The notes: generated from the letters alone by a model not told the origin. 64,000 bases of DNA from Nitrospirota bacterium (GCA_963818475.1 CAWFSF010000003.1:192001-256000); one strand, 5' to 3'. Numbered from the stretch's first letter, positions 9,987 through 20,777 are shown. Numbers and translations: made by a program.

Positions 9987-11520
9987 TTAACTCACCCTTC
10001 TGTCCAAACTCCGGTACTGGATCGCTTCAGAGATATGCTCGGTCGCGATCTTCTCAGCTGCCATCGATATCAGCGATCGTCCTCGCCACTTTCAGGATGC
10101 GGTTGTACGCACGGGCCGAAAGGCCGAGCCGGTTCATGGCAGACTCCATGAGGGTCGTGCAGGACTCATCGATCTTGCAGTACTTGCGGATATGGCGCGG
10201 CTTCATCTGCGCGTTGGCGTAGATGCCGTCGCCGGAGAACCTCCCCTGCTGGATCGTGCGGGCGCGGGTCACGCGGTCGCGGATCGATGATGACGGTTCG
10301 CCCAGGGTGTCGGAGGCGATCTCGTTGAACTTGATGGCGGGCACTTCGATATGGATGTCGATGCGGTCCATGAGCGGGCCGGACACTTTGGAGCGGTAGG
10401 TCTGGATCTGGTGCGGCGTGCAAAGGCACTGGTGGAAGGGGTCGCCGTGGAACCCGCACTTGCAGGGGTTCATGGCTGCCACAAGCATCATCGACGCCGG
10501 GTAGGTAAGCGACGTGATCGCGCGCGAGATCGTGACCTGGCCGTCCTCAAGCGGCTGGCGGAGCGCTTCGAGTACATTGCGCTTGAACTCGGGCAGTTCG
10601 TCGAGAAACAGCACTCCGTTATGCGACAGGCTCACCTCGCCGGGCTTCGGCACTTGCCCGCCGCCGATGAGCCCGGCATCGGATATGGTGTGGTGCGGCG
10701 AACGATAGGGACGGGTCGCAATGAGCGGCTGGCCGTGCTTCAAGAGCCCCATGATACTGTGGATCTTCGTGGTCTCGATGGATTCGTCAAAGCTCATCTG
10801 CGGCAGCACTGACGGCAAGCGGCGGGCGAGCATGGTCTTGCCCGAGCCCGGAGGCCCGATCATGATGATATTATGGCTGCCTGCTGCGGCGATCTCGATG
10901 GCTCGCTTGGCATGCTCCTGGCCTTTGACCTCGAGGAAGTCCTCCTGGTATGCAGAGTAGGCCTCGAAGGCGTTCCTCACATCCATGGCGATCGGCTCAA
11001 CCGCCTGCCTGCCCAGAAGAAACTCCACCACCTGCGGCAGCGTCTGCATGCCGAAGATCTTGACGGACTCGACTACGGCCGCTTCCTGGGCATTATCAGC
11101 GGGGATGATCATGCCGCGGTACCCTGCTTTTTTGGCGAGCACTGCCATGGAGAGTGCGCCCCGCACCGGCTTGACCCTTCCGTCCAGCGCAAGTTCTCCC
11201 ACGATGAGGTAGCCCGAAGCCTGCTCCTGCGTCAAAACGCCCTCGGCGATCAGCATGCCGATAGCGATAGGCAGGTCAAAGGCGGAGCCTTCTTTTTTTA
11301 TGTCAGCAGGCGCCAGGTTGACAATGACCTGTTTGAGCGGAAAGTCGAAGCCCGTGTTCTTGAGCGCCGCGCGCACGCGCTCCTTGCTCTCTTTGACTGC
11401 GGCATCGGGAAGGCCGACGGTTGAGAAGAAGGGAAGCCCCCGGGCCGCGATGTCGACCTCAACTTCGACAGGATAGGCGTCAATGCCGAGTACTGCCGAG
11501 CTGATGACCTTCGAGAGCAT
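9987..11520 (-). CDS. comM: YifB/ComM family Mg-chelatase-like AAA+ ATPase; +1 indel near 10058, true end at TAA 9987
   Basis: GLPDAAVKES, NLAPAD, GPPGSGKT, RSPHH, LFLDELPEF, AMNPCKCG; conserved tail EAIQYRSLDR in a shifted frame. Confidence 0.95.
9989..10034. repeat. 46-bp direct repeat, copy 2 (native comM 3' end)
   Basis: Encodes ISEAIQYRSLDRRVS on the minus strand; 45/46 identical to 7780-7825. Confidence 0.9.
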
Positions 11521-11535
11521 AGGGCTCCTTTTTCA

Positions 11536-11567
11536 ATTGCGGATTGCGGAATGCGGATTGCGGAATG
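11536..11567. repeat. Heptamer tandem repeat (A[T/A]TGCGG)n
   Basis: attgcggattgcggaatgcggattgcggaatg directly upstream of the comM RBS. Confidence 0.8.
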
Positions 11568-11694
11568 AGAAGCTTTGAACCTTACTCCGGGACAGGGGCA
11601 ATGGTGAGTAGGAGAATAGCAGAGAACAACGAGAAATGTCAATTTGAAAGTATTCGTACTATTTACAAACGCTTCTCGCTTTGATGAAACCGCA

Positions 11695-11738
11695 TCTCAT
11701 CTTCATCCTCTCCACCGCGGGGAGAGGGTAGGGTGAGG
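11695..11738. repeat. REP-like palindrome (CCCTCACCCT...GGAGAGGG family), degenerate
   Basis: tctcatcttcatcctctccaccgcggggagagggtagggtgagg; same family as 23299-23347. Confidence 0.6.
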
Positions 11739-11782
11739 CGGATCCATTCGGGATAGAGAAACCTTTATTTCGTTTTCATTCC

Positions 11783-13378
11783 TTACTGCTCGAAGCGGCT
11801 CACAAAAGCGCCGATGAAGCGCATGTTTTTTACGTAGTCGGCAAAAAGGACTTCTTTCACCACACCGCCGCCGGGCCGATCGGACCGGTCCTTGTCACCG
11901 GCTGCATGGATCAGATAGGGCTTGCCCCCTTTGACGCGGACGATGGAGAGATGGGCCACGATCTCTTCTACAACGCGTTTCTTCGGGTCCTTGACCCAGT
12001 AGATAATGTCTCCATCCTGCAGGTTCTTCTGGAGGCCCTGCATAAGGAGCGTGGACTTCGGCAGGATGTCGACCTGGTCCTTGCCGCGGGAGCCGGGAAT
12101 CGTCGTGGTGGCGCCGAGTTCGGCTGTCACGTTCTTTCCCCATTTGCCGCCGAATACCATGTCTTCGCCGTACTGGTAGCGCTGGTCGTAGTTCGTGACC
12201 AGGCCGTCCGCCTGCATTCCCACGGTGATGAACCGGAGCGAAAGCGCCTGGTTGACGGCTTCGTCGGGCGCATTGCTCCGGGCAAGCTCGACCGAACGGA
12301 ACGTATGGTACATGCAATCGACCTTTTCATCGGCCACAATGCGGTTCGTGCGCACATACAGGCCGAGGGGGTCGGGATCGTAGGGCGTGCCGATAAAGCG
12401 GCCGGCCCAGTAGGCAATGCGTTTGTTGAGCGGAAGCCGCGCGGCACGGGCCTGGGCGAGCAGGATCTCGTCAGCGGTCATGGCCGCCGGAATCTTGTTC
12501 TGGCCCGGGTCGGCACCGATGACTCGGAGCCCGTATTGCAGGGCATTGGCATGGATGACTGCGGGCTGGACCGTGCGCTTTTTCGTGGCCTGCAGGAAGC
12601 GCCCGTTGCCGAGCGCAAGTCCTGAGCTCTCGCCAGAGAACACCAGGATGTCCCCGGCCTGGATCTCTTTTTTGTCCACCCTCGCTGCCAGGGCCTTGAA
12701 CGAGGAACGGTCCGTGCCTAGGGCTATGCCGTGGATCCGGTAGACAATATAGATGAGTCCATCAGTATCCATGCCCTGGGACGTGAGCCCTCCGTCATGG
12801 TGGGTTACACCGACGAACTGTTGCGCGGTCTTTATGATCTCCTCCGGAGTCGTATCGTTCATGATCGGGTCGGAGGTCTTGATCGGCATCACGTCTGCTG
12901 CATCGACAATGGCAAGCGTGTGATCGGGGAACTGCACCTTGTAGCCCTTGACCGTTTGGTCGACCACCGGCAGCCGCGTGCCTGCATAGAGCGGCACGTT
13001 ATGATCCCCGGTCTTGTCGAGGATCAGGGCCTCGGTCTTGGCCCTGGTGATGACGATCTTCTTGCGGGAATCATTCAGATAGGCAAGGCCTTTGTCCCGG
13101 GGGATGAGCACTGCCTCCTGCTGGATCCAGCCTTCGCGGCCGTCCTGGCCCGGAATGGCGATGTGATAGCGGTAGTCCCGCTTTTCCAGGATGCGCACCT
13201 CGTCGCCCATCAGCACCTGCGTCGCCAAGCGGGATTTGGGCAGCGGCTCTTCATGGACGTTCGCCAGGGGGACCGAGATGATGCCGCGGCTGCCCGCCTT
13301 CGTCTCCTGGGCATGAGCGCTGGAAACGACAATGAGAATGATGCTGATAAGGACGGCTATGGGGAAAGGCTTTTTCAT
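11783..13378 (-). CDS. Secreted SH3 + degenerate NlpC/P60 + DUF1460 (AmiA-like) peptidoglycan hydrolase
   Basis: Signal peptide; SH3-like [10 protein letters not shown]...EGWI; NlpC-like GMDTDGL; C-terminal FIGTPY, VDCMYH, AHLSIV, LIHAA. Confidence 0.72.
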   Translation of the reverse strand: MKKPFPIAVLISIILIVVSSAHAQETKAGSRGIISVPLANVHEEPLPKSRLATQVLMGDEVRILEKRDYRYHIAIPGQDGREGWIQQEAVLIPRDKGLAYLNDSRKKIVITRAKTEALILDKTGDHNVPLYAGTRLPVVDQTVKGYKVQFPDHTLAIVDAADVMPIKTSDPIMNDTTPEEIIKTAQQFVGVTHHDGGLTSQGMDTDGLIYIVYRIHGIALGTDRSSFKALAARVDKKEIQAGDILVFSGESSGLALGNGRFLQATKKRTVQPAVIHANALQYGLRVIGADPGQNKIPAAMTADEILLAQARAARLPLNKRIAYWAGRFIGTPYDPDPLGLYVRTNRIVADEKVDCMYHTFRSVELARSNAPDEAVNQALSLRFITVGMQADGLVTNYDQRYQYGEDMVFGGKWGKNVTAELGATTTIPGSRGKDQVDILPKSTLLMQGLQKNLQDGDIIYWVKDPKKRVVEEIVAHLSIVRVKGGKPYLIHAAGDKDRSDRPGGGVVKEVLFADYVKNMRFIGAFVSRFEQ

Positions 13379-13438
13379 GTCGAACAAACTCGGGAGAACA
13401 ACGGAGAACCGCGCTGCGCGCGGCGATCGGATAAAAAA

Positions 13439-13523
13439 TGGTGCCGAAGGGGGGAATCGAACCCCCATGGGTTGCCCCACACGCCCCTCAAACGTGCGTG
13501 TCTACCAGTTCCACCACTTCGGC
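13439..13523 (-). tRNA. tRNA-Leu (anticodon GAG)
   Basis: GCCGAAG acceptor stem, D-loop GGAACTGGTAGAC, anticodon loop TTGAGGG, long variable arm, GTTCGATTC, terminal CCA. Confidence 0.96.
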
Positions 13524-13616
13524 ATTTTTTCTGCTGCGTATGTGATCCGAGAACGCCCGACAATCCCTGAGGGAAACCATCGTGAAGGGCTTAACGGCCG
13601 TCCTGCGGTGCGGGGC

Positions 13617-14558
13617 CTATTTCTTTGCTGCCTGTACGTAGGTGATCCACTTCCCGTGCCTGGCATCGCGGCCGTGCACGCAGTCGAAGTAGGCGGTCTG
13701 CAGTTCTTTCGTTATGGGACCCGGTTTGCCCGTGCCGATCACCCGGTTGTCCACTTCACGTATCGGCGTGATCTCGGCTGCCGTGCCGGTAAGGAACAAT
13801 TCATCGGCCACGTACAGTTCATCGCGCGTGAACCGCTCTTCAACAAGCTTCATCCCGCGCTCAGCGGCCAACTCCATGATCGTTTCCCGCGTGATGCCCT
13901 CGAGGATCGATGTGAGCGGCGGTGTTTTGATCACGCCCTTGCGGACCATAAAGACGTTCTCGCCGCTTCCCTCGGCCACGTAGCCGTCGGTGTCGAGCAG
14001 CACGGCCTCGTCGTATCCGTCCTTGAGCGCCTCGCGCTTGGCAAGGAGGGAATTTGCATAATTCGCCGTGGTCTTGGAGCGCACCATGGTCGAGTTCACA
14101 TGCGGCCGGGTGAACGAAGAGATCTTGACGCGGATGCCGTTATTGAGCCCTTCTTCGCCGAGGTAGCTGCCCCAGGGCCAGACCGCGATCGAGATCTGGA
14201 CCGGATTTACCTTGGGAAAGATCCCCATGGCGCCGTAGCCCAGGAACGCAAGCGGTCTGATGTAGCACGCTTCGATCTTGTTAACGCGGATCGTTTCCAG
14301 GATCGCCTCGACAACCGCTTCGCGCGTGAAGGGCATCTCCATATAGCAGATGTGGGCGGACTCGAACAAGCGGTTGACATGTTCCTGCAGCCTGAACACC
14401 GCTGATCCCGCATCAGCCTTGTAGCAGCGGATGCCCTCAAATACTGCCGTACCGTAGTGCATGGAGTGTGTCAGGATGTGGACCTTGGCATCGTCCCACT
14501 TCACGAAGGTGCCGTTCATCCATATTTTCTCGGTGGCAGGCAGCATAACAGAGGACAT
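13617..14558 (-). CDS. ilvE: Branched-chain amino acid aminotransferase
   Basis: HYGTAVFEGIRCY, YIRP, EGSGENVF, LEGITR, GTAAE. Confidence 0.96.
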   Translation of the reverse strand: MSSVMLPATEKIWMNGTFVKWDDAKVHILTHSMHYGTAVFEGIRCYKADAGSAVFRLQEHVNRLFESAHICYMEMPFTREAVVEAILETIRVNKIEACYIRPLAFLGYGAMGIFPKVNPVQISIAVWPWGSYLGEEGLNNGIRVKISSFTRPHVNSTMVRSKTTANYANSLLAKREALKDGYDEAVLLDTDGYVAEGSGENVFMVRKGVIKTPPLTSILEGITRETIMELAAERGMKLVEERFTRDELYVADELFLTGTAAEITPIREVDNRVIGTGKPGPITKELQTAYFDCVHGRDARHGKWITYVQAAKK

Positions 14559-14705
14559 TTATAACAGCCTGAGCCATAATTGTCAATCGTTTTTTTGCTG
14601 ATTGTTGCCCGTTCTGTGCCGCTCACGCCGATGGAATTCCGCTGCTTGATGCTGCGAAGGCACTCCCAAGACAGTCGCTTTTTAAACGTAAACCCGAAGA
14701 ATATT

Positions 14706-14808
14706 TCACGCAGAGACGCAGAGCTCGCAGAGAACGTCAACGGCTATGAAAAGGCTTCTAAAAAACAAAATATCTGCTTTTCTCCGCGGCCTCCGCGCCT
14801 CCGCGAGA
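14706..14808. repeat. Inverted 8-mer repeat element (ACGCAGAG... / ...CTCCGCG)
   Basis: tcacgcagagacgcagagctcgcagaga ... tctccgcggcctccgcgcctccgcgaga. Confidence 0.7.
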
Positions 14809-14831
14809 GACGCCTTTAGCCGGATTCCGGT

Positions 14832-14860
14832 TTGACATTGCGTCGGATGAGAGATAAAAT
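14832..14860 (+). promoter_or_regulatory. Sigma70-like promoter for the usp gene
   Basis: TTGACA-N17-TAAAAT, 30 bp upstream of ATG 14890. Confidence 0.65.
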
Positions 14861-14889
14861 TTAAGCGTTTCCAACTTGAGGAGGCCCCC

Positions 14890-15351
14890 ATGCAGATCAA
14901 GACCATCCTTTTCCCGACCGATTTTTCGAACGGTGCACGCGCTGCCATGGACTATGCGCTGTCCCTGGCAAAGGACTACGAGGCGAAGCTTATCCTGCTG
15001 TACGTCATTCAAGACATCAGCATCGCGGAATGGTACATACCTTCGACCTTGTCGGTCGCCGACCTCGTGGAGGATATGCAAAAAAGCGCTTCAAAAGAAA
15101 TGGCCAAGTGGGAAGCAGAAGCAGCGTCGCGGGTAAAGGATGTGGATACGATGTTGGAGCGGGGCGTGCCCTTTGTCGAGATCATCAGAATAGCAAAAGA
15201 AAGGAACGCGGACCTGGTAGTCATCGGGACCCATGGCAGGACCGGCATCGACCACATGCTTTTCGGCAGCACTGCGGAGAAGGTGGTGCGCAAAGCGCCC
15301 TGCCCGGTCCTGACGGTCCGCACCGCAGGCAGGGAGTTCAAGATGCCGTGA
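14890..15351 (+). CDS. Universal stress protein (UspA family)
   Basis: [37 protein letters not shown]. Confidence 0.95.
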   Translation: MQIKTILFPTDFSNGARAAMDYALSLAKDYEAKLILLYVIQDISIAEWYIPSTLSVADLVEDMQKSASKEMAKWEAEAASRVKDVDTMLERGVPFVEIIRIAKERNADLVVIGTHGRTGIDHMLFGSTAEKVVRKAPCPVLTVRTAGREFKMP

Positions 15352-15371
15352 CCCCCGCGTTTCGCGGGGGC

Positions 15372-15496
15372 AAGCTCCAAATAACAAATCGCAAATCCCA
15401 AATAATATCAAAATGACAATTTGGATGTCCGCACTGTTTGATTTGATTTTTGAGCTTGAAATTTATTTGGGATTTGATGCTTGATGTTTGGAGCTT
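15372..15496. repeat. Inverted heptamer-repeat element (AAATCCC/AAATAAC... / ...GATTTG)
   Basis: aagctccaaataacaaatcgcaaatcccaaat ... atttgggatttgatgcttgatgtttggagctt with AAGCTCCAAA/TTTGGAGCTT terminal inverted repeat. Confidence 0.75.
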
Positions 15497-15531
15497 ATCA
15501 CGGGCAGGCCATAAAGGCCTGCCCGTGTTCG

Positions 15532-15957
15532 TTATTGCCCGAGTAGCGTGGTGAAGGTATCGTGGTGGCTCTCCTCATCGGAGAGGATGCTCTCGAACAA
15601 TAGGCGAGTGGTCTCATCACCTTCTGAAGCGGCCTGCTTGATGATGTCCTTATACAGCGTGATGGCCTCTTCCTCGGCCTTTACATCGGCCTTCAGCATC
15701 TGCTCGGGAGTGCCGCCCATGGCAATAGGGTTCGGCTTGGTCGTCGGGTTTACGTCAAAATAGAAGAGCCGCTCCGCGATCTTCTCTGCATGCTTCATCT
15801 CCGCCATGGCAACATCCTCGAACACATCCATGAGCGAGGAGGAGTTCATGCCTTTGACCATAATGTGATGCCACATGTACTGGACGATCGCCTGAAGTTC
15901 TCCAGCAATGGCCTGGTTCATCATTTCCGTCAGTTTGGGACTTGCCTTCTGCACCAT
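15532..15957 (-). CDS. Ferritin-like/bacterioferritin-family protein
   Basis: ELQAIVQY, EMKHAE, EEEAI, DEESH di-iron ligands. Confidence 0.85.
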   Translation of the reverse strand: MVQKASPKLTEMMNQAIAGELQAIVQYMWHHIMVKGMNSSSLMDVFEDVAMAEMKHAEKIAERLFYFDVNPTTKPNPIAMGGTPEQMLKADVKAEEEAITLYKDIIKQAASEGDETTRLLFESILSDEESHHDTFTTLLGQ

Positions 15958-16036
15958 AATGCTCCTCCTTGTTGGTCGGGGTCGCCCGAAGATGCATTAA
16001 CTATAGCACAGAATCCGGTGCTTTTTTCGAGACAGC

Positions 16037-16121
16037 CCCTTCACTTTCGTCCTCTCGCCCCAGAGGGCAGAGGAGACAGGCTGTAGCCCCTCCCTTGATT
16101 GGAGGGGTTGGGGGAGGGTGA
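16037..16121. repeat. Two REP-like palindromes (CCCTC/GGAGGG family)
   Basis: cctctcgccccagagggcagagg and cccctcccttgattggaggggttgggggagggtga. Confidence 0.5.
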
Positions 16122-16131
16122 CGGAGACACC

Positions 16132-17250
16132 TTAGACTCCCGCGGCCTTTTTGCGCTCAGCCTGTTCGATGATGCAGGCGATCCCTTTTCCCCGGAGACC
16201 GGGACGGTAGCAGCCATTGCAGGAAATACAGCGGCTGCGGCTAGTGCTGCCTTCCTGCCACAGTTTGACCAACTCGGGCTCGCGGATGAGCGGCCGCGCC
16301 AGCGAGATATAATCCGCCGCGCCTTGTTCAACGACCTCGCGCGCCAGATCAAGGCTCCGGAACCCGCCGACGACAAGGACGGGACAACTGACGGACTGTT
16401 TGATCCGCTCTGCCAGCGGAAGGTTGTATGCCTCCTGCTCCCGCGTATCGATCTTTTTCCGCACCGGGTTGTTGTCACCTGATGCTGGCGTGCCGCTGCT
16501 CACCTCGATGGCGTCCACGCCTTCGCGGTCCAGTGCCTGTGCTGCGATCACAGCCTCGTCGATCTCAAGTCCGTGCTCAAGGAAATCCGAGCCGTTCAGC
16601 TTAACCAGTACGGGGAAGTCGGGACCGACCGCTGTGCGAACGCTCCGAAAGATCTCCATAAGGAAGCGATAGCGGTTCTCGATGCTGCCGCCGTATCCAT
16701 CGGTCCGCTGGTTCGTGTGCGGCGACAGGAACTGGTTGATAAGGTAGCCGTGCGCCGCGTGAAGCTGGACTGCATCGAAGCCCCATTGTTTCGCCCTAGC
16801 CGCACTTGCGCCAAAGGCAGCCACGACCTCATCGATGTCCTTCTGGCTCATCGCGAGCGGCGGCGACGTATACTGCGCCGCCTCAACAGCCGAAGGGGCG
16901 ATCAGCTTGTTCCCGCCCTGCGCCCTGCCTTGTCCGCCCGTATGCACCAGCTGCATGCAGAGCCTGCCGCCTTCGTCATGCACGGCCTTAGAAAGCGCAC
17001 GCATCTCCGGGGCAAAATCATCGCTCTGCGCTCCGATGGACCCGGGCATCTGCTTCCCGTCGGGGCGCACGAAGGCATAGCCCGTGATGATCAGGCCGAC
17101 CCTGCCGCGGGCAAGCTCCCGGTAGCAGTTCAAAAGCTGTTCCCCCGGCCTGCCCTGCTCGTCGCACATGCCTTCCCAGGTTGCGGACCGCACGAAGCGA
17201 TTCCTGAGCTCCATGCCGTTGATCGTTGTTTTTTCGAAAAGGTTTTTCAA
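16132..17250 (-). CDS. NADH:flavin oxidoreductase (Old Yellow Enzyme family)
   Basis: NRFVRSATWE, QLHAAHGYLINQFLSP, RTDGYGGS, CISCNGC. Confidence 0.92.
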   Translation of the reverse strand: MKNLFEKTTINGMELRNRFVRSATWEGMCDEQGRPGEQLLNCYRELARGRVGLIITGYAFVRPDGKQMPGSIGAQSDDFAPEMRALSKAVHDEGGRLCMQLVHTGGQGRAQGGNKLIAPSAVEAAQYTSPPLAMSQKDIDEVVAAFGASAARAKQWGFDAVQLHAAHGYLINQFLSPHTNQRTDGYGGSIENRYRFLMEIFRSVRTAVGPDFPVLVKLNGSDFLEHGLEIDEAVIAAQALDREGVDAIEVSSGTPASGDNNPVRKKIDTREQEAYNLPLAERIKQSVSCPVLVVGGFRSLDLAREVVEQGAADYISLARPLIREPELVKLWQEGSTSRSRCISCNGCYRPGLRGKGIACIIEQAERKKAAGV

Positions 17251-17438
17251 AGAGTGACCTCGTTCCTAAAAATTAGTCATGAAATGTATCATACTGCTTT
17301 GCTCAAGTCAAAAAAGATTCTGCATGCTTTCAATATCGGTGCTTAGTGAGAATGCGACGATAAATAGAAGTCAAGAAAATTGCCTGGCTACGAGCGGGGA
17401 CAAAGCCTGTGCGGGAAAACAATTCTTCGGCAGCGATA

Positions 17439-17495
17439 CAATAACCGCGCCGCGAAGGGTCCGTTTTGCGCAGCCCTTCGACGGCGACGTTAAGG
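17439..17495 (-). other. attC-like hairpin (57 bp), degenerate
   Basis: Minus strand CCTTAAC-gtcgc-CGTCGAAG...CTTCGCG-gcgcg-GTTATTG: AAC/GTT ends, 5-nt spacers and an 8/7-nt L box pair with one extra base. Confidence 0.45.
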
Positions 17496-17586
17496 CCAAC
17501 TTATTGTGTTTTGTTCAGCGCTGCCTAACCAACGAACTTCTCAAGACCGTAACGCTCATGATCGTTACATCCTGGTAACCGTGAGC

Positions 17587-20043
17587 CTATTCAAATTGAT
17601 ACATGGCGAGATCGGAGCCGAGAAAGATATCCAGTTTGCCGTCACCATCAATGTCCTTAATGCCCAGATGATTGTAGAGCCCGGCATTCCCGGAGAGATC
17701 AAGGCTTCTCCATTTCAACCCCTGGTCCTGACCCTCAAGTATTACCAGCTCATTACCCCGGGTCACCAGCCAATCACGTGTTCCGTTCCCGTCTATATCC
17801 GCTACTTTCAACGCATTGATCGGAGCCGTGTCAAAGGTCAGAACGGTCTTCTTGATGTCGAAGGTCGATCCATGAAACACCTCGATCTTGCCGTCGTCGC
17901 GGCCGGCTAGGATCTCAAGAACGCCGTCGTCGTCGATATCCGCGACTTCCAGCGCGCGGGCCGGATGGTCGATCAATAATTGCAGATCGTGGGTAACCCC
18001 GTCATATACCATCAGCCTGCTGCCGAGAAGAGAAGCGATGATCTCCACATGCCCGTCCCCATCCAGATCGGCCAGTTTGATATCGTAGACACCCGCCCAG
18101 GAGGAGCCCAGGGAAACGCTTCGCCATTTCTCAGCAAGCGTTGCTCCATCGAAAACGATCAGGTATACGCCGGTAGCCCCGGTGTGCTCCATGCCCTGAC
18201 CCGCGACGATCTCGGTCTTGCCGTCGCCGTCCACGTCGCCGATGACCAGCGCGGAGAAAAAGTTCCCGTTATACCCGGCGCTCTGCTTCTTAAGCGTATG
18301 CGAGGCTCCATCGTACACCCGAATGACACCGTCATAGATGTCTCCCGTCGTGACCACGAACTCCGTATGACCGTCATTGTCCACGTCGCCGATGCTGACC
18401 GAACGGACGCCCATCCAGTCCATGATCCCCAGCTTCTCCTGGTATTCAAGAGCATGGGTCTTCGCATCAAAAATGTTGATGATTCCCTCGCTGTAACCGG
18501 CGTCACTGGAAGTGGAGACCATGACGATCTCGTCCTGGCCGTCATCATCAACGTCCCCGATCGACAAAGCGCTGAGCGGCCCGTCAAGGTGCTTATTCTG
18601 CCATTCGACTGCTCCGGTCGAGGGATCGGCAACATAGAGGTGGTCAGGGCCGGTTGAACTGCCGCCGGCTCCCCACAGCACCTCATTCTTGCCGTCCTGG
18701 TCCACGTCACCCAGAGCGATGCCCGACACGCCATGCTCGGGATTGTTCACGGACCACTTCTCCAAGTGGGTCTGCGCATTGATGGCGTGGATATTGCCCC
18801 ATTGGCCGTCGCCGTAAAGGATCTCGGGAACGCCGTCGGCATCCGCATCGGCTACGAGCAGAGCCCCGATGTCCTGGCTCGTCGGGATCTCCCAGGACGG
18901 GGTCTTGCGGTCTGCATCAAAGATCGTGACGTTACCCCAACGGGAAGCGCCCACGATCTCCTGCATGCCATCGCCGTCAAGATCTCCCAATGCGACGTGT
19001 GCGCCGAAACTGTTGACATATTCCCATTCAACAGCATGGGAGGCTCCATCAACAACATACCCTTTCCCATAGGAGTAGGTTGTAACGATCTCTAACGCCG
19101 CGTCAGCATCCACATTTCCCACTGCCAATGAGTAACCGCCGCCGCTTGCGGTCGACCACAAGAGCTCACCCGATCCTGCCGCATACACAAAGACCCCGGT
19201 TCCGTTGCTGGTGATGAGCTCTTTTGTTCCGTTCTGGTCGAGGTCGGCAACAGCAAGCGCGGTCAGGGGAGCAGCAACCGATATGCTTTGTAATGTAACC
19301 CGGGTCGAGCCGTCATACATTTCCACGGTGCCGTCAGAAAACCCGACGATGATATCGTCCTTCCCGTCCCCGGTCAGATCAGCGAGAACAAGACCGGCAA
19401 GGGTGACGCTGTAGTTCTTGCTCCGCCAGATCTGCTCGTAGGACCCGCCCGCCGCATGGCGGACGATATACCAGAAGGTGTTGCTTCCGCTCGCAATGAT
19501 CTCCGGGGTCCCGTCGCCGTCCAGATCGGAGACTAGCAGTCCGGCCTGGCCTATGCTGGTACCGAATATTCCGTACTGCCACTGCATCTGCAGAAGACCG
19601 GGGTCGCTGGGAGGGGCCGCGGATGACGCCACGCTTATGGTATCCAGCAGACTGGAGTACTGGCCGTCCGAAACCTCCAGGCGCACTACATAGGCGCCTT
19701 CCCGTTCCGCCACAAAGGACGGGGTGGCCGTGTACGGTCCGACCAGTGTCGGGCAAGCATACTGCGGACAGGATTCGAATGCCCACGAATAGGAGAGCGC
19801 ATCACCGTCGGGATCATTGCTTGCGCTCCCGTTCAGCATGACGGTAGCTCCCATAACAACGTTCTGGTCCGCGCCGGCGTTCGCCACCGGAAAGTTGTTT
19901 ACGGGGCCGGAGCCAGGCCCGGGACCCGAGCCCGCCGGCCCGGCCCCCAGAAATCCGTTATTGTTCGAGTTGCACCCCGGCAACATGCAAAGCAGTCCCA
20001 GACAGGCGATAGTAATGACGGTTGTCACAGTGGTTTTTTTCAT
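17587..20043 (-). CDS. Lipoprotein with PKD-like domain and multiple FG-GAP/VCBS repeats (beta-propeller)
   Basis: Lipobox LPGC; PVANAGADQ...DPDGDALSYSW; more than 12 DxDGDGxxEI repeats. Confidence 0.85.
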   Translation of the reverse strand: MKKTTVTTVITIACLGLLCMLPGCNSNNNGFLGAGPAGSGPGPGSGPVNNFPVANAGADQNVVMGATVMLNGSASNDPDGDALSYSWAFESCPQYACPTLVGPYTATPSFVAEREGAYVVRLEVSDGQYSSLLDTISVASSAAPPSDPGLLQMQWQYGIFGTSIGQAGLLVSDLDGDGTPEIIASGSNTFWYIVRHAAGGSYEQIWRSKNYSVTLAGLVLADLTGDGKDDIIVGFSDGTVEMYDGSTRVTLQSISVAAPLTALAVADLDQNGTKELITSNGTGVFVYAAGSGELLWSTASGGGYSLAVGNVDADAALEIVTTYSYGKGYVVDGASHAVEWEYVNSFGAHVALGDLDGDGMQEIVGASRWGNVTIFDADRKTPSWEIPTSQDIGALLVADADADGVPEILYGDGQWGNIHAINAQTHLEKWSVNNPEHGVSGIALGDVDQDGKNEVLWGAGGSSTGPDHLYVADPSTGAVEWQNKHLDGPLSALSIGDVDDDGQDEIVMVSTSSDAGYSEGIINIFDAKTHALEYQEKLGIMDWMGVRSVSIGDVDNDGHTEFVVTTGDIYDGVIRVYDGASHTLKKQSAGYNGNFFSALVIGDVDGDGKTEIVAGQGMEHTGATGVYLIVFDGATLAEKWRSVSLGSSWAGVYDIKLADLDGDGHVEIIASLLGSRLMVYDGVTHDLQLLIDHPARALEVADIDDDGVLEILAGRDDGKIEVFHGSTFDIKKTVLTFDTAPINALKVADIDGNGTRDWLVTRGNELVILEGQDQGLKWRSLDLSGNAGLYNHLGIKDIDGDGKLDIFLGSDLAMYQFE

Positions 20044-20079
20044 ACGTATGAAGCTCCTTTTCCCAACCCGGATCAGTCC

Positions 20080-20727
20080 TTAAAAATGATAGGCCGTAGA
20101 CAGCAAAAAGCTGTATCCGTTTCCATTCACCGTGTCGTCTATAGATCCGTTGGTATCGATACCCTCGGCCTGGTCGTAGTCTACAAAACGGTACAGGACC
20201 CCCAGGTTCAGCGAAAGGTGCGAAGTAAGATAATGGTCCACGCCAGCTCCCAGGTTAAACCCGGCCCCGGAGAGCGTGGCATCCCCGACCTGTCCCGTAT
20301 AGATATTTTGTGCACCATTATAGATCTGCAATGCATTGCCGCTGATCCCGAACAGCAGGTATGGCTGCACCGTGGTCGAACTTTGGAAGTTATATTTCCC
20401 GTTGACGCTGAAGCTGAAGAAACTGACGTCTCCCTTCAGCCCTGCCCATGTGCCGGTATGGTCCGAGCCGATCCAGTTAAGCTCAATGGCCCAAGCATCC
20501 GTTATTCCGTAACCTACCGAGAGGTCGACGCCAACGGCATTATCAACATCAGGCAGAATGATGATCTCCGATCCGCCCTGCAGCGCCGACGTGCCTTTAA
20601 AGTCACCCTGGACCGTATTGTATGCTGCCCCAAGGCCCATATAAAATCCTTTTTTTGCTTCTGCATGTGAGACGACGATAAGCATGATACACATTGCAAC
20701 TGCTAAAAAAAAGACTTGCCTGTTCAT
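20080..20727 (-). CDS. Outer membrane beta-barrel protein (OmpA/OmpW-like)
   Basis: Signal peptide, GFYMGLGAAY, VQPYLLFG, C-terminal YHF. Confidence 0.85.
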   Translation of the reverse strand: MNRQVFFLAVAMCIMLIVVSHAEAKKGFYMGLGAAYNTVQGDFKGTSALQGGSEIIILPDVDNAVGVDLSVGYGITDAWAIELNWIGSDHTGTWAGLKGDVSFFSFSVNGKYNFQSSTTVQPYLLFGISGNALQIYNGAQNIYTGQVGDATLSGAGFNLGAGVDHYLTSHLSLNLGVLYRFVDYDQAEGIDTNGSIDDTVNGNGYSFLLSTAYHF

Positions 20728-20777
20728 TGTGCTCTCCTTGAATTGGTGCCTGCGTACGAGCCTTAAAGAACTTTACT

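Noticed and set aside
7780-10034. 46-bp repeats as a CRISPR array or DGR repeat pair
   Set aside because: Only two copies 2.2 kb apart, one being coding sequence of comM; no cas genes
13439-13523. tRNA-Leu as an island integration site
   Set aside because: No duplicate of its 3' end and no integrase noticed in the window
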